Below the pieces are notes generated by a model, which saw only the letters and a list, made by a program, of their open reading frames with translations, had not been told where the DNA came from and did not search any database. A stretch of 64,000 bases of DNA from positions 342,889 to 406,888 of the forward strand of contig JAWAFI010000001.1 in assembly GCA_038890615.1 (NCBI GenBank), in the 5' to 3' direction. The stretch is from Candidatus Anstonellales archaeon (GTDB taxonomy: Archaea > Micrarchaeota > Micrarchaeia > Anstonellales > J096). Shown one piece after another: positions 43,439-52,900 of this stretch (positions are counted from its first letter, which is position 1; the number at the start of each line of letters is the position of its first letter). Position numbers and translations under genes: made by a program.

Positions 43439-44801
43439 GGCCCCTCTCTCGTTTTTGGTTTCCATAGCAATACTCTCCCTTCTGCTCCCGCTCTCGCTCT
43501 CTTTCCTTTTCTCATCCATAATAGCCCTCATCGTGCACCAATACCCTCGGATGAAGGCAAGGGAGAAAGAGGCATTAATAGAGGCAGAGCTTCCTTATTT
43601 CTTAAGGCAGCTTGGCACATTCCTTTCGCTCGGAATCACATTCGAGAGGGCTTTGTCCAAAAGCCTCACCCCTTCGCTTGCAGAAGCCCTTAAAGGGGTA
43701 GAGCAGGCAAAAAACCTCCCTCTTTTCCTTTCAGCAAAATCATCTTCTTTTGAATCGCTCCAGATAAGGAGGGCTCTTGCGCAGGTGGTTAATGCTTACC
43801 TCCATGGCTCAGGCAAGGAGCTAATTTCGCTTGGCAACGAGATGGCGGGCTACATGCTCTTCTCCCTAAAGGAGAGCAGCTCAAGGATAACAACAATAGG
43901 GCTCATCTATGTTGTTGCCCTTTCTGTTGTACCAACATTCCTTATCATCCTCTCATCTGTTTCTGGCTACCTTGAGTTCTCAATAAGCCCTGAGCTCCTT
44001 TGGGTCCTTCTAATGCTTGCTGTGCCTTGCCTTGCGTTTGCAATCCTTATGCTTGCAATAGCCTCTTCCCCACCCCATCCATTCTCCCCAAAACAAGTGA
44101 ATTACTACCCCCTCCTGCTTGCTCCTGTTGCGGTTGCCTTTCCTTCATTCTCCCTGCTGTGGGCAGCGATGGGGGCGTTCTACTTTTTATATGCCTTCCT
44201 GTCAGCCCAAAAAGCAGAGGATTATTCTGACCTTTCATCTGCCCTGCTTTCTGCTTCTGCGCTCAAGGGAAGGCCTGCTCAGGAAATACTAAATGCACTT
44301 AGCACCTCAAAGTTTTTTTCAGGCATAAAAGCCCACTCCTCAAAAGACATTGGGCGGGCAATAAGGGAATTCATAAGGGGCAAGGAGGAGGTTGTTGTGC
44401 GGGTGGGTGAGCTTCTTGAGGGCGCCTACACTGCTGGCTCTGACATGGCAGATGCCTGCGGCCACTCTGCATCTGACATACTCCGCTACCTTGAATACAG
44501 GAGGGAGCTCATCTCCTCCCTTGGCATGCAGAAGTACACCATCCTTCTTGGCGCCCTGCTTATCCCTCTTATTTTATACATGGCCAATTCACTTTCCTTA
44601 AACCTCGGCTCTTATTTGGGCGAGCAGTGGGGGCCAAAGGAAGAGCTTATAGGAGCTTACTTGGTTATCTACTCCTCCTTGAGCTCATTCTACATCCCTT
44701 CTGTTTCAATGGAAAAAAAGGAAGCAGCAGCCCTTTCAGCATTCCTTTTCATAGCCCCTGCTCTTTCATTCTTTCTCCTAAGCCTTTTAAAGCCATTCTG
44801 A
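43428..44801 (+). CDS. FlaJ/TadC-like polytopic membrane platform protein (T2SS-F-type)
   Basis: Overlaps the ATPase stop by 11 nt. Two blocks each combine a cytoplasmic helical segment (LPYFLRQLGTFLSLGITFERAL) with TM clusters. Confidence 0.65.
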   Translation: MDYKAPLSFLVSIAILSLLLPLSLSFLFSSIIALIVHQYPRMKAREKEALIEAELPYFLRQLGTFLSLGITFERALSKSLTPSLAEALKGVEQAKNLPLFLSAKSSSFESLQIRRALAQVVNAYLHGSGKELISLGNEMAGYMLFSLKESSSRITTIGLIYVVALSVVPTFLIILSSVSGYLEFSISPELLWVLLMLAVPCLAFAILMLAIASSPPHPFSPKQVNYYPLLLAPVAVAFPSFSLLWAAMGAFYFLYAFLSAQKAEDYSDLSSALLSASALKGRPAQEILNALSTSKFFSGIKAHSSKDIGRAIREFIRGKEEVVVRVGELLEGAYTAGSDMADACGHSASDILRYLEYRRELISSLGMQKYTILLGALLIPLILYMANSLSLNLGSYLGEQWGPKEELIGAYLVIYSSLSSFYIPSVSMEKKEAAALSAFLFIAPALSFFLLSLLKPF

Positions 44802-44806
44802 GCTTT

Positions 44807-45205
44807 ATGCTTATGTTTGATGCTTGGGACATAGCATACGGGCTTTTCATACTCGCAATACCTTTACTTAAAAAGAAGCCCATAAAAGAGGTGGCTATTG
44901 TAGCCATTCTTTCCTTAATAACCTTGCTTTCCCTAAAGCTCTACTTTGCAGTCCCACGGCCCTGCTCAGGCCAGGAATGGTGCCCTGCATCTTATTCATT
45001 CCCAAGCGGGCATACCTTATTTTCATTCTCTTTCTCATCATATTATGTGGGCTCTGATATATTCCTGATGCTATATGTAATCTCAGTCCTTACAGGCATG
45101 GAGCGCGTCATAAGCGGGGTGCACACGCCTGCTGATGTAGTGTTCTCGCTTGGGCTTTCAATAATTGTATCTACGCTTGCGAGGTGGATAAATGATAGGG
45201 CTTAA
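44807..45205 (+). CDS. PAP2-family (acid/polyprenyl-diphosphate) phosphatase, short form
   Basis: PAP2 motifs SFPSGHT and SGVHTPADV with TM helices. Start at ATG 44807, just downstream of the FlaJ-like stop. Confidence 0.8.
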   Translation: MLMFDAWDIAYGLFILAIPLLKKKPIKEVAIVAILSLITLLSLKLYFAVPRPCSGQEWCPASYSFPSGHTLFSFSFSSYYVGSDIFLMLYVISVLTGMERVISGVHTPADVVFSLGLSIIVSTLARWINDRA

Positions 45206-45701
45206 TGAGAGGAAGGCAATCCATGTTGCAGCAGGAGCAGGCCTTATGTTCCTTACTTACGTGGCCCAGCCCTACCTTCTCCCTATCCTTTTCGTCCTAT
45301 TCATAGTGTTCCTTTTGGTTATGCACGAGTCAAAGGAAGGGGTTATGAAATTCCTTCTTCCAGGCCTTGCAGCCCCAACTGTAAACTATGTTGCAGGCCT
45401 TTGCATAGCCCTTCCCCTCCTTGAAATGAATGAGTTTAGGGCTGTGCTGGTTGCTCTTGCCCTTAGCGACAGCTTCGCTGCGCTTTTTGGGAAGCACCAC
45501 CCAATCAAGCGGATGAGCAACGGAAAATCGCTTGGAGGGGCTTTTGCATTCTTTGCTACCTGTCTCCTTACTTTTCTCTTCCTTCCATTTCCAACCTTCC
45601 TTATTTTTGCGCTTGCGCTCTCCTTGATAGAGCTGCTTACACCACTCGATGACAACCTAACAATCCCTGTTTCAGGGGCTATACTTCTTTACTTCCTTTA
45701 G
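45192..45701 (+). CDS. CTP-dependent polyprenol (dolichol) kinase-like / CTP_transf_1-family membrane protein, short form
   Basis: DSFAALFGKHHPIKRMSNGKSLGGAFAFF (D..A...G......KS.eG) and ELLTPLDDNLTIP motifs. GAGGTGGA Shine-Dalgarno upstream of ATG 45192. Confidence 0.65.
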   Translation: MIGLNERKAIHVAAGAGLMFLTYVAQPYLLPILFVLFIVFLLVMHESKEGVMKFLLPGLAAPTVNYVAGLCIALPLLEMNEFRAVLVALALSDSFAALFGKHHPIKRMSNGKSLGGAFAFFATCLLTFLFLPFPTFLIFALALSLIELLTPLDDNLTIPVSGAILLYFL

Positions 45702-48257
45702 CCTGCCTTTGACCACTTCTTTCCCCCCAAAGCTGCCGCCGCATTGATAAACAACTTCCTTTGCCCTAATTATCCCTTTTTCGCCAAAAGCCCCGAATTT
45801 CCCTTGCTTACCTATGAGCAAAGCCCCTTTTACCCCTTCCTTCCTCATCCTTTCAAGCAGGCGGTCTATAATTGAGTCCTCAACTATCTCCTCTACATAG
45901 TCCTTTCCCCTTGCCTTTTCCATTTCCTTTTCCACAATCGCCTCTTCAAGGCGCTCAACCTCCTTGCGGAGCTCCTTCCACTCATTAAAGAACCTTTCTG
46001 AGGTTTTTGGCAAGTCCTCCTTTGCTACCCTAAATACGCTAGCTGACTTTGAAAGATACTCCTCCTGCTCGTGCACATACTCAAGGGCTGCTTCCCCTAC
46101 CTTGTAAACAATCCTTTCTACCCCGTCCTGAACCCCCTCCCTCCTCACTATCTTAAATAAGCCAAATTCCCCTATGTTGTCATGCATCTGGTGGGTTCCG
46201 CCGCATGCCTCAACATCAACCCCTTCAATGATCACTATGCGGAGCTCCTTGCCAGGCACAGCCCCTCCTTGGTATATCCCAAACCCATACTTTTGCTCCG
46301 CTATGTTCCTTGGGATTATCTCAATGCTTATCTTCCTTTCCTCCCTTATCCACTTGTTTATCATCCTTTCCATTTCCTTGAGCTCATTGTCTTCTATTCT
46401 CTTATAGTGGGTGATGTCAAGATGGGCTATATTCTCTGATTTCTTTGCGCCTGCCTGGTAGCAGTGCCTTCCCAACACAGCCCTTGCTGCTGCGTTTATG
46501 AGGTGAGCTGCAGTGTGGTGCTTTGCAATCCTCTTTCTCCTCTCTATGTCAACGCTGCACCTAACCTTCATTCCTTCCCTAAACTTTGAAGCATCCCTTA
46601 CCTTATGGAATATAACTCCGTCCTTCCTGAAGACCTCAACAACCTCTTCTTCATTAATTTTTCCCTTGTCGCACGCCTGGCCCCCGCCTTCAGGGTAGAA
46701 AGCGCTCCTGTCAAGCACAATGTAGTTTCCATCAACCCTAAGCACAATGGCTTCGAAATCCCCTTCTTTGCCATAGTAGAGAGGCTCTGTTTTCTCTACC
46801 CCTTCTGTCTTTAGGTCAAAGCCTCTTTCTGCTATATCCTCCTTTTCGCTTATGAGCGAATAGAAATTCTCAGGCACCTTTATCTCCAGCCCTTTCTTTG
46901 CTGCTTCCTCTGCAACATATTCAGGCGGTATCCCATTGCTCTTGTAGAGCTCTACAAGCTTTTCAGTAGTTATGCTGCCCTTGGCTATCTCCTTCTCAAC
47001 CTTTCTCCCTGCCTTTTCTATTGTTTCCCTATACTTCCTTTTCTCCTCCTCAATTACCTTCCCTGTGCTTTCAACCCCTTCCTGCAGGTATGGGAACATT
47101 TCTTCCAAGAAATCAGCATGGAGCTCGCAAAGCTTTGCATAGTCCCATTCCCAGCCAAACTTCTGCTCAAACCCGAATGCCCTCCTCAATATCATGCGCA
47201 GGTTATAGCCGCCTCCTGAATTGCCTGGAAGCATGCCGTCTGTTGTTGTGAAGAGCACCGTTAGCACATGGTCTGCAGTTGCGTAAATCGCCTGAAGCAT
47301 CCTTAGCTCATTCTCATCAACCCCAATCTCCTCAACTACTTTCCTTTCAAGCTCTTTTGCGCCTTTTGTTTCTTCCATGTTTATCCTTCCCAAGCGCATG
47401 GCATATTCTCCCATTCTCTTTTCATCCACATCTACACCTGCCTGAGCCTTCATATATTCAACTGCCTTGGCCATAACGATCTCATAAGAGGTTGGGGTTC
47501 CATGAGTTATCCAGCTGAGCCTTGCCAGCCCTGCGCCCATGTCTATAACTTTTGTGTTGAGCTCCTTTCCGCTATCTTCGTACTGCATGAAAACGCAGTT
47601 CCCCAGCTCAAGCCCATCCTTAAAGTATTCAAGAGAAGGCCCGTAGTTGCCACCTCCTGCCCAAACATCCTCAACAAATGTAATGTCCTCCTGCCTTATT
47701 CCTAAGGCTCCAAGGTAGCCTATGTCGTGCTCTATTGCTTCTTCCTTCCAGTAGAAAACCCCTGTCTTTTCAGTGTTAAAGGCCAGCTGGCCCACCATAA
47801 CAAAGTTGGTATAATGCCTTCCTGTAACCCCAACATTGTCCACATCAGGGAATCTTATGCACGGCTGGGGGATTATAACAGGGTTTGCTATTGGCTCAAG
47901 CTCGCCCCTAACTGTGTAGGGCTGGAAGTCGTTTATGCTTGCTATTGTGAAGTAAAGGTCATCCCTCCACCTTGCCACTGTTGGGAAGGGCTTGACATAG
48001 CCATGCCCTGTTTTTAAAAAATAGTCCTTTATGACATTCCAAGTTTCAATATAGCCAAGCTTTTTGCCAACCTTGCCTATGAAAGAGTAGCCAACGCATT
48101 CAGAGTCCCCACAGTACTCTCTTTCTTCTATGCTCCAGAAGCTCTTCCCGCAGCCTTTGCACTTCTGCCTGCTGAACCCCCTTTCCCTTAGCACACGAAG
48201 CTCATAGTGCTTCTTCCATTCATTGCTGAACTCCCTACGGAGCTTTTCCTTGTCCAT
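45672..48257 (-). CDS. alaS: Alanine--tRNA ligase (archaeal type)
   Basis: Class II core, editing-domain HTAAHLINAA ... CGGTH motifs, C-terminal DHHA1-like region; 861 aa. 30-nt convergent overlap with 45192..45701. Confidence 0.95.
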   Translation of the reverse strand: MDKEKLRREFSNEWKKHYELRVLRERGFSRQKCKGCGKSFWSIEEREYCGDSECVGYSFIGKVGKKLGYIETWNVIKDYFLKTGHGYVKPFPTVARWRDDLYFTIASINDFQPYTVRGELEPIANPVIIPQPCIRFPDVDNVGVTGRHYTNFVMVGQLAFNTEKTGVFYWKEEAIEHDIGYLGALGIRQEDITFVEDVWAGGGNYGPSLEYFKDGLELGNCVFMQYEDSGKELNTKVIDMGAGLARLSWITHGTPTSYEIVMAKAVEYMKAQAGVDVDEKRMGEYAMRLGRINMEETKGAKELERKVVEEIGVDENELRMLQAIYATADHVLTVLFTTTDGMLPGNSGGGYNLRMILRRAFGFEQKFGWEWDYAKLCELHADFLEEMFPYLQEGVESTGKVIEEEKRKYRETIEKAGRKVEKEIAKGSITTEKLVELYKSNGIPPEYVAEEAAKKGLEIKVPENFYSLISEKEDIAERGFDLKTEGVEKTEPLYYGKEGDFEAIVLRVDGNYIVLDRSAFYPEGGGQACDKGKINEEEVVEVFRKDGVIFHKVRDASKFREGMKVRCSVDIERRKRIAKHHTAAHLINAAARAVLGRHCYQAGAKKSENIAHLDITHYKRIEDNELKEMERMINKWIREERKISIEIIPRNIAEQKYGFGIYQGGAVPGKELRIVIIEGVDVEACGGTHQMHDNIGEFGLFKIVRREGVQDGVERIVYKVGEAALEYVHEQEEYLSKSASVFRVAKEDLPKTSERFFNEWKELRKEVERLEEAIVEKEMEKARGKDYVEEIVEDSIIDRLLERMRKEGVKGALLIGKQGKFGAFGEKGIIRAKEVVYQCGGSFGGKEVVKGRLKEVKKYSP

Positions 48258-48267
48258 GTGCTTCTAT

Positions 48268-49953
48268 TCACGCTTTTCCTTGCTGGCTTTTTAATTCTTT
48301 TCTAAATTCATTAAGCTGGTTAAAAGCCAGTTGTTGTTGCCACGGATCCCCGAAATTGATGAGAAGAATAAGATTGAAAAGCACTGTTGGGTCTTTCTTC
48401 TTTATTGCCTCCTGGACCTTTTCCTTTATAATTTTTTCATCATTAGTAGTAATGCCAAGCATGGAGGCAGCAACGCTTACCCTTGAATTTACAACTTCCT
48501 TGTACTCGGCAAGCTCTTTGCTGTCTATGAAGTATGACCTCTCCTTAAGCATATTCACTGCTGAAAGATAGCCTACTGCTTTCCTTCCTTCGTCAGTAGT
48601 CGGATCCATCTCTGCAATCTGGTGCATATCTTTGGCGGTTTTTCCAATTACCTTGGGATCCCCATCTATTACATGCGACATTGCTAATGCGTAGCCTACA
48701 ATCTCAGGTGGTGCATTGCTTTTAGCAAGCTTTTCAGCAATAGCCTTTGCCTTGTGCCTCTGGCCGTTTGCCATTGCCTTATGTAAGCTATCAATTTTTT
48801 TGTAAAGGCTCTTGATTCCATCCTGAGTCATTCTGCCATTTTCATCAACTTCAAACTTATATCCTTTCCTTGGGTAGAACACCGTATACCATAATTCTGA
48901 AAGTTGATAGGTTGCGCTCTTCATTGAATTGTACACTGTCCTTGCGAGGTGAATAGGGAGCTTTAATATGAATTCATCGGCAAATGACTTCACATAGTCC
49001 CCATTACTTAAAATTTCTCCTTTGCTCTTTTTCTCTGCTATTCTTTCCTTGTAGGTGCCATATGCGTCAAGCATTGCCATAACCCCTACTATAATCGGAT
49101 CTGCAAAGCTTGCGCCTTGCTTTCCAATAGAAGCAAAACCGAGCCCAAGGGAAGCCCCTCCGCTGCCCCAATAAATAGGCCCGAGTGAAAGAGCAGGATT
49201 CTTTGAAATACTAAGCCCATAAATATCCCTCCTAAACTCAATTGCACTGTTCTTTGTTATTGCAAGACCTGCATAGGTACTACCGCTCTTCTCTGTTTGG
49301 CCTGATATCGAGGCGCTAAGAGAATGCTGTAGTTCTCCTTTGTCATTCACAACTGTTTGCACTCCTACGCCTCCATAAACAGTTTTAGTAGGCGTTAACC
49401 TTAAAATTTTCTTTGCAGCTCTTGAAAATCTAGCCCCTGCATAAAGGTGCTTTTCAGCTCCAGGTCTGTAAAACAGCTGCTCAAGCGCATTATTCATGAA
49501 TTTCTTGGAGCTCATACTATCCCCGGGCTCAAGCACATATCCTTTTTCGGTTTGGGTTATCTTGTCGCCAATCATCTCAGGCCGGAGAACCCCTGTTTCA
49601 ATCAGCACATGAATGCAGATATTCATTGCTCCCTTCCCTGCCTCACCGTTGAAATAGAGCTTTCTTCCATTCTCTATCCTTGTTGCTGCTTCTTCAAGTA
49701 TTTTTATAACTTCTGATATTCTTCCGCCTGTGCTACTGTCTGTGATGGCAATTAACTCTGCGAGGCTTATTTTACTCCTATTCTTGAATGCTTTCTCAAC
49801 TTCTTCCTGCACCTTGTCCAAATTAGTGTAGCCAACCCTGTCTGCGAAAAGCCTTGTTGATTCAATAGCTTGCTCCTTTGTAAGCATTATTTTGCTTGCA
49901 TTTGTCCTGCCTTCAACAACCTTATCAAGATTTTGGATCTGTTTTTCTACCAT
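48268..49953 (-). CDS. Hypothetical protein (561 aa), downstream partner of the giant protein
   Basis: 9 nt downstream of 49963..53829 on the same strand. Helical ends and a central G/S-rich beta-like region (GPIYWGSGGASLGLGFASIGKQGASFADPIIVGVMAML). No signal peptide or known motif. Confidence 0.6.
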   Translation of the reverse strand: MVEKQIQNLDKVVEGRTNASKIMLTKEQAIESTRLFADRVGYTNLDKVQEEVEKAFKNRSKISLAELIAITDSSTGGRISEVIKILEEAATRIENGRKLYFNGEAGKGAMNICIHVLIETGVLRPEMIGDKITQTEKGYVLEPGDSMSSKKFMNNALEQLFYRPGAEKHLYAGARFSRAAKKILRLTPTKTVYGGVGVQTVVNDKGELQHSLSASISGQTEKSGSTYAGLAITKNSAIEFRRDIYGLSISKNPALSLGPIYWGSGGASLGLGFASIGKQGASFADPIIVGVMAMLDAYGTYKERIAEKKSKGEILSNGDYVKSFADEFILKLPIHLARTVYNSMKSATYQLSELWYTVFYPRKGYKFEVDENGRMTQDGIKSLYKKIDSLHKAMANGQRHKAKAIAEKLAKSNAPPEIVGYALAMSHVIDGDPKVIGKTAKDMHQIAEMDPTTDEGRKAVGYLSAVNMLKERSYFIDSKELAEYKEVVNSRVSVAASMLGITTNDEKIIKEKVQEAIKKKDPTVLFNLILLINFGDPWQQQLAFNQLNEFRKELKSQQGKA

Positions 49954-49962
49954 CTAATCACC

Positions 49963-52900
49963 TCAAAATATCCAATACCAGTAGCCTCCAATCCCTATTG
50001 CCCAGCTTTGCCCTACCTTTTCGAACTTTATGTCAAGCACTCCACTGCTGTCAGAGCCTTTTTTCATATCAACTGCCACCCCCATCACGAGCTCCTTTAT
50101 AGGCCCTCCTTCGAAATTCGTCTTGCCCCCTCCAAGATAAAACCTTATGTCAGTAAGCGCAAGCTTTCCTTCATTATTTACCCGCAAGCTGTATATGCCT
50201 CCATGGAAGGTTAGGAGCTCGTCAGTTACATCCTTTGCCTGCGCATTGGCGTCAATGAGGACCATGCCCTGTTTTGTGAACCCAACATACCATTTGAGCC
50301 CATTCTTTGTCCTTACCTCAATCCCTACCTCACCAAGAGTTATTTTTGCGTCCTTGAAATATTCTGCTATCTTTTCAGGGGTTATGCTCTGGGCCATATT
50401 TCCCTCCGTATAGCCCATCACCAGCGTGATATTTCCGCTCTTTATCCCAGCGTAGAGGCTATCCGTGCTAATTACGCCTTCAGAGCCGCTTTCCTTTATC
50501 TTTTTCACTACCACCCCTAGAACTGCGCTTGAGATAGGCACAACAACCTGCGCCTCTTGCACCTCAGTCATTTTTTCTGCTTGTGTGTACTCAAAAAGCC
50601 CCATTGATGCCGCAACACCTCCATCTATCTTTATGAAAGCGTTTACCCCATAATTCCCCTCTTTCCCGTAAAGGGCTGCAAGCTCAAGCTTTCCAAGCCC
50701 CTTCTTGTTCACAGCATAAAGAGCGCCGTAGTAGGTTTGCGATAAAGCAAAGAGCGACAATGCTGATCTGCCTCTCTTCAAGTACCTTTCAATATTGCTC
50801 TTTATTCTGCCAAGCTCTGCGTGAAGCTTTCCCTTGTCTCCTTCTGTAGAATTTATTTCATCCAGCTTTTCCTGGTATCTTTTCAGTTCTTCTCTTATAT
50901 TCACGTTTATGTATGCCAGCTCAAGAAGGGCAAAGCTGAACTCCTGCGCATAATTGTAGTAACTCAACTGGACAGTCTGCTTTGTATTGTTGCCTTTTCC
51001 ATATGTTCCCTGGAGTATGATGCTGTCCATTCCAAGCAGCGTTTCTTTTGCAAATGTGCCAAGTATAAGACCGTCCCATTCCTCCTCACTAAGATGACCT
51101 CCAAAAGTCCCACCCACCCCTGTTCCTTTTCCTGAATATCTCCTAAGGTTGAATATGCTTGCATCAACGGAAATATTGCCTTCTTTCATTCCATAGCTAG
51201 CAACATAGTAGTTGTTCTCTTCCTTGCTTTCCCCTGCGATTCCAAGCCACATGAAATCCTTTTTCCTGTCTCTGCCTACGAAATAGCCAGCCATCAACCC
51301 ATAGTCTAGGCTTTTTTCCCCTCCTTTTATTACAGGTGGCCCGTATACTTCAACATAGCCGTATTTGTTTCCTTCGCTCATGAGCAACCCAACAGCGCTT
51401 GCGTTGTCTGCAGCAGCAGCGAATGCAGCAAAGTTGTTTGTGCTCATGCTCAAAAGGCCGCCAACTAATCTATCTTCGCTTGCCATTATTTTCATTTCAG
51501 CAGAGTTTCCTGACATCGCTATAAGCAATCTGTCAAGGCCCTCTTTAGGTGCGTCGAAATGCACCCTATACCAATAGCCAGTTTCAGTGTCATGGAAGTA
51601 GCCTCTTACACTGTATCCTTTCTCTGTTTTATCAAAGAAAAGCAGTGTGTTTCCCTTAAGCAGGCCTTCTTTGACCATTAGGTCAAGCGCTGTGTGGAGC
51701 TCTTCCTCCTCTTCACCTACAACCGCACTTACTCTGCCGTCAAATGTCCAGTTCTCCCCATTGGATATGTCATTAAGGATAGAGTCCAGCCTATATCTAT
51801 GGAAGTCAGTGGTTATAGTAGTATCTAACCTCCCTATCCCTATAAAGCTCGCTGTTATTGTTCCATACCCTACGTCTCTTTCACCCCTATCATAATACCT
51901 TCCACTCAATACCCCCGTCGTTTCAAGAAACTTCGTTTTATCAAAAAATTTTGGGCGCTCCATCTCTACTATAAATTTGCTTAGCGAAGAAGAGAGAATC
52001 TTGAAAGGAAGGACAGGAACATACCTTTTTGTGCTGAGTATGCTCCTTGTTTCAGCGTCGAAAGGCATTCCGAAATTCGGCCTTTCATAAGGCCCTCGCA
52101 GTTCTTCCACTGCTTGTTCCCCTCTTGTGAGCATAGGGAACAATGCATTTGCTCCAGGATAGAGCGAAAATGCGGAGGGATAGCCTCGTTGGGAAATATA
52201 GAAGTTCCTTACCCACTGCTCAGTAGGACCTAGCAGGCGCATACTTTCATCTCTTATTTGGGCATTAGACCCATACCCATATATGGTGCTTGCTGCTGTG
52301 CTTAACCCCCTGTCTTGATACATTTCATTAATTAGAATTTTCATCATTTCCTGCAGGGAGAACGAAACTACCTCTTTCTTTCTTTCAAAATGCTCCACAA
52401 CCTTGCTCTCAGCTTCCCAAGTGTAGTAGCTTATTATTTTTGACTCAGCCACCGTCACAGCATTAAGCACGTCTATGAAAACCCCCAAGTCCTCAATCTG
52501 GCCTAAAAGGTGGGGGTAAAAAGAGTTTATTAGTTCCAGCTTTGTTGAATCAAGCTTTACTGCCCCGAAGTGTTCGGCGAACAGCCTTAACCACTCAACT
52601 TCATCCATCTTTGAGTCCAGAACATATTCATAACCTTTCTTTTCCTCATTCCATTTGCCCATAACTCCTACATAATTGCTTTCCCTTATAACTGGCACAA
52701 GATTGCTGTAGAACGAGTACTGTTGGAGCAGGTCAAGGTTTTTCAGGAGCGAAACATGCTCTAGCTGCTTCTCCTTGTTTTCCTTGGTGAATGTGCCATA
52801 CTGTGCTGCAAACCCCCCCCTCCACCCTTGGAACCCTTTATCATTTTCTATCTTTTGCAATGCTTTCAGCAATACTTCATAGGCGTCTTTGCCATCCACT

